Shown: positions 25,599 to 32,000 of the stretch, piece after piece
Layout of the letters: the number at the start of each line of letters is the position of its first letter
Numbering within the stretch: the stretch's first letter is position 1
NCBI RefSeq assembly: GCF_000981785.2
Contig: NZ_CP011304.1
Coordinates: 810,001 to 842,000, forward strand
Reading direction: 5' to 3'
Origin: Microcystis aeruginosa NIES-2549
GTDB lineage: Bacteria; Cyanobacteriota; Cyanobacteriia; Cyanobacteriales; Microcystaceae
DNA length: 32,000 nucleotides
Position numbers and translations under genes: made by a program
The notes under the pieces: generated by a model
Seen by the model: only the letters and a program-made list of their open reading frames with translations
Databases searched by the model: none
Told to the model about the DNA's origin: nothing

Positions 25599-25626
25599 AA
25601 GGTGGGTCCTGGCCTGCCTTTTTTTT
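25599..25626 (+). terminator. Rho-independent terminator after pgk
   Basis: AAGGTGGG-TCCTGG-CCTGCCTT forms an 8-bp stem with two G-U pairs, followed by TTTTTT(TT). Confidence 0.7.
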
Positions 25627-25712
25627 ATAAATTATGAATTGGGAATTAGGTTTTTAAAGTTGGATTGGGAGTTGATCATATAAAGACTTTTGCGGCAAAA
25701 ATAGTTGAGTCA

Positions 25713-26297
25713 TTAGGATACTTCAATCGCGGTAAAATCGACACGCTGATATAAATCTGTCAGGGATATTTGAAAATCTAGAGAAAACAGAGTTAAAATC
25801 GCTTCTTGGCTGTGATAATCCCGGAATGCCCAATGATCGCCTCTTTTATGAAATTGTTCTATATAATAACCATATTGATCGATTAAAATATATTCTTCAA
25901 AACTATTAAGAGAGCGATAAAATTTAAACTTATCACCCCGATTATAGTCTTGAGTAGATTTTGATAAAACCTCGATAATAACCTGTGGATTGGTAATCGT
26001 ATCGGTGCGTCCTCTTTCAAGAATTGGTTCCCCCTTAACGATCATAATATCGGGATAGGTGTACATATTATAGGCGGGTATTGCCAAGCGTAGATCGTTG
26101 ATAAATATATCATAGGCTTGATTCTGGATAGTTAAGGGAAATTTTCTACAGAAATTCAAGGCAATGCGATTATGGTTAGGAGTTCCCCCAGTCATAATAA
26201 TAATTTCTCCATCTCGATACTCGTGTCTGTCGGTGGCAGCTTCCTCTAGTTGAAAGTATTCTGCGACTGTGTAGCGTTTCTCAGTGGTTGCGACCAT
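25713..26297 (-). CDS. Uma2-family (DUF820) PD-(D/E)xK putative endonuclease
   Basis: YTVAEY..LEE.....HEY.DGEI..M.GGT.NHN.I, PDIMIV, IIEVLSKST...D...KF..Y......EY.LIDQ is the typical Uma2 pattern, a family expanded in cyanobacteria. Confidence 0.85.
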   Translation of the reverse strand: MVATTEKRYTVAEYFQLEEAATDRHEYRDGEIIIMTGGTPNHNRIALNFCRKFPLTIQNQAYDIFINDLRLAIPAYNMYTYPDIMIVKGEPILERGRTDTITNPQVIIEVLSKSTQDYNRGDKFKFYRSLNSFEEYILIDQYGYYIEQFHKRGDHWAFRDYHSQEAILTLFSLDFQISLTDLYQRVDFTAIEVS

Positions 26298-26398
26298 ATT
26301 GACCCCTTGAAAGCAAAGCTCTGTCTTTATAATAACCTGTTTTCTGAAAAGCTACAATTATCGGTTTTAATCAGGTGCTGACTGCCAGATAAATATTG

Positions 26399-26422
26399 AG
26401 AGACCTTGTTAACAAGGTCTCT
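26399..26422. terminator. Perfect 24-nt palindrome AGAGACCTTGTTAACAAGGTCTCT downstream of opcA, a candidate operon terminator
   Basis: I checked the perfect self-complementarity base by base. It lies 33 nt after the opcA stop. No clear U-tract follows on either strand. Confidence 0.45.
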
Positions 26423-26454
26423 TGAAAGTGGGTGGGATTATTGTCGCTAATTTG

Positions 26455-27810
26455 TTAATCTGGTTGGGATAATTTGAGGATAGCGCCGGTGACTTTCATG
26501 CTTTCTTGATAAAGCACGTCCTGGCCCCAACGCTGTAACTGTTTACCTAGCAGAGTTTCTGTTTTTTGGTCTTCCAGATGGGACACTTGTTCAATGCGGC
26601 AAGATTGGGCCCCTCCCGAAGCTTCCATCCGCATACAGCCTGTAGTTCCCGAACAAATTACCGTGCAACAATCAGCCTGAAGATTAGTAGAACTGAGTTT
26701 AATACTAATCAGATCCCCTTGTACCTCACCCCAATCGGCCACGGGAACACCGGCTAATTCTGCCTCAATTAAACGCTGGTCCTGACCGAGGAAGCTAATC
26801 CGATGAATAGCATAATCTCCCGACCGGTGACTATATCCCACCGGTCGCCATTGTAACCGGCTGGCCATCCAACCGAGGAACATAAAAGCTTGGCAAGGAT
26901 TGCCCTTTTCGTAATCAATAGTGATGCGATCGACTTCCAGAATAGCATCCCGGCGCTCCGGTGGATCGAAAGCCTCGGCGGTTAGTTCTTGCCAGGGGGC
27001 GAGACGACTCCAGTTCAGGTCAGCTAATGGTACATCTGTTGCTAATAAATCCCCCACTTGCAGCAGTTCCTTTTCCGGTTCCCGAAAAGTGCTGGAATCG
27101 ACGATAATCGTATCACATTGACTGGCCAAACGTTTAAATAGTCCATATTCGCCATCGGGACTGGCTTTCCACCAGAGAAATTTGGGCAAACTGGGAATAG
27201 TTAACTCGGAAATAATGCCGCCAATTCGTTCCAAAGCTTCCGCCGTACCGCTTAAAGTGACGTATTCACAGCAAACTAAAGTGTTCTGACTACGTTTGTT
27301 AACGGGACAATAGGCAGAAACAGAGGCTTTTACCCCTTCATCGGCCTCGGCGGTGGGACAGAGGGTAATAATGCGACAGGGATTGGAGGCAGCGATCGCA
27401 TCTGCGACCCCGATAGCATCCAAATCGGCGGCGTATTGACGATGATTAGCCCCATCCTCGGCGTTTTTTTCCGCTTCCCAGGCCGCCCTTAACCTGGCGA
27501 CAAATTCATCGCTAGAATGTCCGGTTACTTCTAGTTCTAGGTCCTTCTGGGCGACTTTGATGGCGGCGTGGGTCCGCGGACCTGCAATACCATCAATCGG
27601 GCCGGTGTAATAGCCGAGAAGGGTTAACAATTCCTGTACTGCGTCGGGTTCGTAGACAATAAAGCTAAAGGTGGTGGCCCGGGTGGCGGCCATCCCATCC
27701 TCATTATTATTATAGGATTGCCAGATATCGCGCAGTTCCTGCTCGATCACATCGATGGAAACATCTTTTGGTGCTTGCAGGGAGACAATGGGGGGGCTTT
27801 GGGTGGTCAT
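26455..27810 (-). CDS. opcA: Glucose-6-phosphate dehydrogenase assembly/activator protein OpcA
   Basis: It sits immediately downstream of zwf on the same strand. The N-terminal ..IE.EL..IW......ATRA.TFS.IVYEP.. and the overall 451-aa length fit cyanobacterial OpcA. Confidence 0.9.
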   Translation of the reverse strand: MTTQSPPIVSLQAPKDVSIDVIEQELRDIWQSYNNNEDGMAATRATTFSFIVYEPDAVQELLTLLGYYTGPIDGIAGPRTHAAIKVAQKDLELEVTGHSSDEFVARLRAAWEAEKNAEDGANHRQYAADLDAIGVADAIAASNPCRIITLCPTAEADEGVKASVSAYCPVNKRSQNTLVCCEYVTLSGTAEALERIGGIISELTIPSLPKFLWWKASPDGEYGLFKRLASQCDTIIVDSSTFREPEKELLQVGDLLATDVPLADLNWSRLAPWQELTAEAFDPPERRDAILEVDRITIDYEKGNPCQAFMFLGWMASRLQWRPVGYSHRSGDYAIHRISFLGQDQRLIEAELAGVPVADWGEVQGDLISIKLSSTNLQADCCTVICSGTTGCMRMEASGGAQSCRIEQVSHLEDQKTETLLGKQLQRWGQDVLYQESMKVTGAILKLSQPD

Positions 27811-27812
27811 GT

Positions 27813-27922
27813 CAGTTATCAGTTATCAGTTATCAGTTATCAGTTATCAGTTATCAGTTATCAGTTATCAGATGTGAGTTTTTAGTTTACTGTTTACTGA
27901 TTACTGATTACTGGTCACTGTT
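27813..27922 (+). repeat. Heptamer arrays (CAGTTAT)8 plus (TTTACTG/ATTACTG) units that fill the whole zwf-opcA spacer
   Basis: Read directly. The opcA ATG ends at 27810 and the zwf stop is at 27923-27925. Confidence 0.95.
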
Positions 27923-29452
27923 TTAGAGTCGTCGCCAACGACGGCCATCGCGGTTAAGGAGAAATTCCGCTTCTGTGGGTTCCCAGGTACCCGCTTCGTA
28001 TTGGGGTACGGAGGCGGGATCGGAGGGAGCGTCCCAAGCGGCGAGAGCGGGAGTAACGATGCGCCATGCTTCTTCTACCTCGTCAGAACGGGTAAATAGG
28101 GTTTGATCTCCTAGCATAGCGTCTAAAAGTAGGCGATTATAGGCATCGGCGCTGGTGACACCGAAGGAGGAACCATAACTAAAGTCCATTTCTACCGTGC
28201 GCGTGCGTAATTCCGACCCCGGCATTTTTGCCTCAAAACGGAGGGCAATGCCTTCGTTAGGCTGAATCCGCATACTCAGTACATTTGCATTAGTTTGTTG
28301 AGCTGCCGATTGGAAGATTAATAACGGCACATGGCGGAATTGGATGGCAATCTCGGAAACTTTTTTGGGCAGACGTTTACCGGTACGCAGATAGAAGGGG
28401 ACACCCTGCCAACGCCAGTTATCGACGATTAATTTCATGGCGACGTAGGTGGGAGTGGTCGATTCTGGATTAACCCCCGGTTCTTCCCGATAGCCCGGAA
28501 TGGGTTTTCCTTTCATCCAACCGGCTTTATACTGGCCGCGGATGGCGGATTTTTCCAGGTTATTAATATCGGCCAGGTGAGTCGCTTGTAGGACTTTGAC
28601 TTTTTCGCCGCGGACACTATCAGCGTTGATAGCGTTGGGTGCTTCCATCGCCGTCAAGCAGAATAACTGCATCAGGTGATTTTGCACCATATCGCGCAAA
28701 GCTCCCGATTTTTCGTAATATCCGGCCCGCTCCTCCACTCCCACGGTTTCGGCCACGGTAATCTGGACGTGATCGATAAATTGACGATTCCAGAGGGGTT
28801 CAAAGATAGCGTTAGCAAATCGGAACACCAATAAGTTTTGGACGGTTTCCTTGCCTAAATAGTGGTCAATGCGATAAACTTGGTTCTCCTGACAAACCTC
28901 TTGTACGACTCGATTGAGAACTTGGGCAGAACTGAGGTCTTTGCCAAAGGGTTTTTCGATCACTAAGCGGTGTTTAATTGGATCTTTCAGCATTCCGGCC
29001 GCCCCGAGGTTTTTAAGACCGGGGGGAAAGAAATTAGGAGAAACCGCTAGATAAAAGACTCGATTGCCGCGGGTTCCCCGGATTCCGTCTAGTTCTTCCA
29101 GAAAGACTTTCATTTTGGCGTAACTTTCTGGGTCGTCCATGTTGCCGGGGAAATAGTACAACCCTTGGGCGAAGTCTTGCCAATATTCCTCACTGCCAAT
29201 CCCGTCGGAAAATTCTTCGATGCCTTGGCGCATCTGTTGGCGAAAATAATCATGACTCCACTCTCGGCGCGCTGTACCGACGATGGTTAATTCGGCCGGT
29301 AGTCGTCTTTCCCGTTTCAGTTGATAGAGAGCAGGAACCAGTTTTCTTTGGGTTAAGTCTCCCGATGCCCCAAAAATGACTAAGATTAGGGGTTCTGGGG
29401 TTCTTTCTTGTCGCAATCCCACTCGGAGAGGATTTTCGAGCAGCTTTACCAT
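27923..29452 (-). CDS. zwf: Glucose-6-phosphate 1-dehydrogenase
   Basis: [15 protein letters not shown], the active-site RIDHYLGKE and the 509-aa length are canonical Zwf. Confidence 0.97.
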   Translation of the reverse strand: MVKLLENPLRVGLRQERTPEPLILVIFGASGDLTQRKLVPALYQLKRERRLPAELTIVGTARREWSHDYFRQQMRQGIEEFSDGIGSEEYWQDFAQGLYYFPGNMDDPESYAKMKVFLEELDGIRGTRGNRVFYLAVSPNFFPPGLKNLGAAGMLKDPIKHRLVIEKPFGKDLSSAQVLNRVVQEVCQENQVYRIDHYLGKETVQNLLVFRFANAIFEPLWNRQFIDHVQITVAETVGVEERAGYYEKSGALRDMVQNHLMQLFCLTAMEAPNAINADSVRGEKVKVLQATHLADINNLEKSAIRGQYKAGWMKGKPIPGYREEPGVNPESTTPTYVAMKLIVDNWRWQGVPFYLRTGKRLPKKVSEIAIQFRHVPLLIFQSAAQQTNANVLSMRIQPNEGIALRFEAKMPGSELRTRTVEMDFSYGSSFGVTSADAYNRLLLDAMLGDQTLFTRSDEVEEAWRIVTPALAAWDAPSDPASVPQYEAGTWEPTEAEFLLNRDGRRWRRL

Positions 29453-29539
29453 AGGATTTTGTCTAGCCGAGGTGCATTATTTTCCAGTCTAGCGAGAATA
29501 CTCGACGGCATACCTAAAGTAAAAATTAATAACCACAAT

Positions 29540-29622
29540 CAGTGATCAGTGATCAGTAATCAGTGATCACTGATCATACTAAATCTGGTTATTAAAGACT
29601 GATTATTTATTCGTCCTTTTGC
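29540..29622. mobile_element. Heptamer array (CAGTGAT/CAGTAAT) plus a partial inverted copy of the 9316-9537 element end
   Basis: 29576-29622 (ATACTAAATCTGGTTATTAAAGACTGATTATTTATTCGTCCTTTTGC) matches the reverse complement of 9440-9486 at 43 of 47 positions by hand alignment. Confidence 0.5.
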
Positions 29623-29759
29623 ATGAGTGCCTAGGCCTTTTTGAAATCAAACAGTGCCAGGCATGGGAGTGAGCGGGGGGAAAATTGGGGGACTTTTTCC
29701 CTGAAAATTAGGTAATTGACCTCCTAAAAATGGCTGAAACCCCACAACCTACCCCTAGG

Positions 29760-29784
29760 AAAAACTTTTTGCCGCAAACCCTAC
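29760..29784 (-). repeat. 25-nt motif GTAGGGTTTGCGGCAAAAAGTTTTT directly after the SLH-protein TAA stop (copy 2, minus strand)
   Basis: The reverse complement of 29760-29784 equals 22694-22718. The stop codon at 29785-29787 is immediately adjacent. Confidence 0.6.
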
Positions 29785-30975
29785 TTATTTTTTGGCGGTT
29801 TTAACACAATCGAGGGTACGGACGATGGCGGCTGCTGCGTAGTTACGACGGGCGGGATCGTTTGGTACAAAAGCACTACCCTGCTCGTTCAAGGGAGAGG
29901 CCACAGCGCAAAATCCCGACATCTGGGTAATTAAACCAGCGGCCCAATGACCGGAAGTATCGGAAAAATTGACGGGGGTTTTAGTTTGGGCTAAATCGGG
30001 GGCCTGTTTTTGCTGGGTTTTCAGGTAGGTGGCGGCCTGTTTGAGAATCGCCATCAATTCGGCCCTAGTGATGGGGTCGGTGGGACGGAATTCGCCGTTA
30101 GCTCTGCCGGCAACAATACCATTAGCCCGGGCCCATTGGATTTTTTTGGCACTCCAGCGCGTCGCTTCTACGTCGTTAAAACTGCCGCTGCCGGGGGGAA
30201 TATCTTCTAGGTTAATTTTGGTGACAGTTCCCATCCCCTCAATAATCATCGAGACGAATTGTTCCCTGGTGACGGGATTTTCGGGGCGGAAGGTGTTATC
30301 TTCTTTGAAACCGGCCACCACCCCAAGGGCGATCGCTTTTTCGATCTCAGTTTTATAGATATCGCCGCTAATATCCCGGAAACTGGCCCCAGAACTGGGG
30401 GGGGGAGTGGTTTCGTTGATGGGCGGTCTGCCGGCGGCCGCGAGAACTTCCGTTTCTTTGCCGCTAAAGTAGAAGTGGCCTAAACTTTTGCCCTGGAAAG
30501 TACGACGGCTAAATCTCCAACCCGGTTCGAGGATAATTTTCATAAATCCTGTTTGCATTCCTCGGGTTCTTCCCACCACTAATTCCGGTCTGCGAGCATC
30601 CCGGGGAGTTCCCACTAAGTATAATTCGCCATTGCGTTCCACAATACGCAGGATGTAATCTAGCCCAAAATCCCGGCCATCGAGACGGATAGAATAACCA
30701 TTACTATCGGTGGCGCGGCGACAAATGCCGGTAAAGTCAAAGTTGAGGAGCAGCGGGTCGATCATGACCGGATTTGAGCCGCTTTCGCTCCAACACTTCT
30801 GTTTTCCCTGGATTTGTTCCAATACTAGCAGGTCAAATTTATTGCCTCCGTAGGGACGAGCGATCGCTACTATCTGGCTCTGCTCGATCTCCTGTTCATC
30901 AAAGTTGGCCGCTGGTGTGGCAGTTATGCCCAAGGTCATTAGGGCGGTTAGGGCGATCGATAATCTGGCTTTCAT
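29785..30975 (-). CDS. Secreted DUF3747-like plus triple SLH-domain cell-envelope protein
   Basis: It has a signal peptide MKARLSIALTALMTLGITATPAA. The N-terminal part, with conserved Cys (..QKCWSE...NFDFTGICRRATDSNGYS.R), resembles DUF3747. Three SLH-like repeats follow: F.D..G......I......G...G......FRP..P.TR. Confidence 0.8.
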   Translation of the reverse strand: MKARLSIALTALMTLGITATPAANFDEQEIEQSQIVAIARPYGGNKFDLLVLEQIQGKQKCWSESGSNPVMIDPLLLNFDFTGICRRATDSNGYSIRLDGRDFGLDYILRIVERNGELYLVGTPRDARRPELVVGRTRGMQTGFMKIILEPGWRFSRRTFQGKSLGHFYFSGKETEVLAAAGRPPINETTPPPSSGASFRDISGDIYKTEIEKAIALGVVAGFKEDNTFRPENPVTREQFVSMIIEGMGTVTKINLEDIPPGSGSFNDVEATRWSAKKIQWARANGIVAGRANGEFRPTDPITRAELMAILKQAATYLKTQQKQAPDLAQTKTPVNFSDTSGHWAAGLITQMSGFCAVASPLNEQGSAFVPNDPARRNYAAAAIVRTLDCVKTAKK

Positions 30976-31437
30976 AATCTTTATCTGTAAGACGATTTTT
31001 GCAGTAAAAATAATAGACGTGCTAATCCCAATATTCTAAGACTGAATACTTCCAGTTGTTGTTCCAGACTGCGCCGGATTGTTGTCTGTCTGCACAAGTT
31101 TTCTCTCAATCTTCAATTTCCGAACCTATTTATCCTGGCAATATTCTGATTAAACTGGTGGGTTGATCAATATTAATTCGGTTAGCTGTTGAAACTGGGG
31201 AGATTTTGGCAGATTGTCGAAAATTTTAGCCAGCCATTTGAGTCTTAGGCTAAGATGGGGAGAGAGGCTTTTAATTGGCCGCAGCCCTTGACTTCCTCAC
31301 AGGATTTAAGCCCAGTAATTGCCTAAATAATTGCAATTAATCGATTGAGGGCTATCAGTGCCGCGGTGAATTATCATAGTTCATTAGCTCTGGTGAGCCA
31401 TTGCCCTTTCTTTGGTGTGTGTGTGAGGTAAACAATT

Positions 31438-32000
31438 ATGAGTAACTCCCCCGGTGATCCTTCTCCTCGTCCTCATCTTTTTCTGAGTATCGGTCGATTT
31501 TTACGCCGGCCTTCTACTTTAATTGTCGGGGGAATTACTCTCCTAGGAATTACCTCCCTTGGCTATTTTACGACTCGTTATTTAGTTTATGAACGTCTCA
31601 CCCCAATTTTAGATAATATCTTCAGTGAAATGCTGCACAGACCCGTCAGGGTAGGTAAGATAGAGGGCTTTTATTTTAATCGCATTCGTATGGGTAAATC
31701 GGAAATTCCAGCTACGGCCAATTCTGCCGATAGTTTATCTATTGATGCGATCGAATTGGAATTAAATCCGCTGCCCTTACTTTTAGGTCTGCCGCTGCCA
31801 GTTGATGTCAAGTTAATTAATCCCAGTATTTATCTGGATCAGGATAGAAATGGTCAATGGCTCGATAATTTAGAAAAAATAGCTAGTAACTTAGATCGGG
31901 AGGCACCTATTAAGTTAAATCTGGGGTTTCAGGTGGAGAAGGGAGCTATTACTATCCAACCCTATGCCCTGAAAAAACCGATAGAAATTAAGGCCGATGG
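31438..32000 (+). CDS. 3'-partial ORF, N-terminus of a TamB/AsmA-like translocation-and-assembly-module protein
   Basis: I translated it by hand with no stop through the window end: MSNSPGDPSPRPHLFLSIGRFLRRPSTLIVGGITLLGITSLGYF..LHRPVRVGKIEGFYFNRIRMGKSEIPAT... It has an N-terminal transmembrane anchor and a GAGG Shine-Dalgarno. The family call rests only on my recollection of cyanobacterial TamB N-termini. Confidence 0.55.
   Translation, partial: MSNSPGDPSPRPHLFLSIGRFLRRPSTLIVGGITLLGITSLGYFTTRYLVYERLTPILDNIFSEMLHRPVRVGKIEGFYFNRIRMGKSEIPATANSADSLSIDAIELELNPLPLLLGLPLPVDVKLINPSIYLDQDRNGQWLDNLEKIASNLDREAPIKLNLGFQVEKGAITIQPYALKKPIEIKAD

Noticed and set aside
9316-29575. Possibility that the repeat arrays are CRISPR arrays
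   Set aside because: The period is 7 nt (14 nt at most), there are no unique spacers, and no cas genes are in the window. These are microsatellite or STRR-like arrays.
1-32000. Transposase, integrase, tRNA or rRNA genes that could mark a mobile island
   Set aside because: No ORF in the track or in my reading shows DDE, tyrosine- or serine-recombinase motifs. I saw no cloverleaf-like tRNA sequence in the spacers. The accessory cluster therefore lacks an obvious mobility gene within this window.

Overview
This is a cyanobacterial chromosome segment. It carries psaL-psaI, zwf-opcA, ureA-ureB, cobN, pgk, a group-2 sigma factor and many HIP1 GCGATCGC palindromes. The gene content and the heptamer-repeat-rich spacers suggest a unicellular Chroococcales genome such as Microcystis, but that is inference only. 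I support about 25 protein genes. Two are absent from the ORF track: a 38-aa psaI, and a 3'-partial TamB-like ORF at the right edge. The window opens inside a giant adhesin-like gene made of 11 near-identical plus 2 diverged cadherin-like repeats and a DUF4114-like C-terminus. Housekeeping genes are interrupted at about 11.4-16.4 kb, between a ROK kinase and cobN, by an accessory cluster. That cluster holds two tandem DUF29 paralogs, an orphan ParE/RelE-like toxin-fold protein with an N-terminal Cys/His knuckle, an APH-type kinase, and a translationally coupled ABC/AAA_15-21-type ATPase plus small TOPRIM-like (DUF4276-like) protein. The ATPase/TOPRIM-like pair resembles OLD, Gabija and PARIS abortive-infection modules, but I know of no characterised system with this module. 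It is my best candidate for an undescribed system. Intergenic DNA is unusually structured. One family of heptamer arrays (CTGATAA / CAGTAAT / CAGTGAT) occupies at least six spacers, including the whole zwf-opcA spacer and the DNA directly against a histidine-kinase start codon. There is also a (GTGGGGT)n G-quadruplex motif, several MITE-like inverted-repeat elements, and a 25-nt motif placed directly after the TAA stops of two unrelated genes. I found no rRNA, tRNA, CRISPR array or transposase gene. All domain calls come from reading motifs by eye, not from searches.
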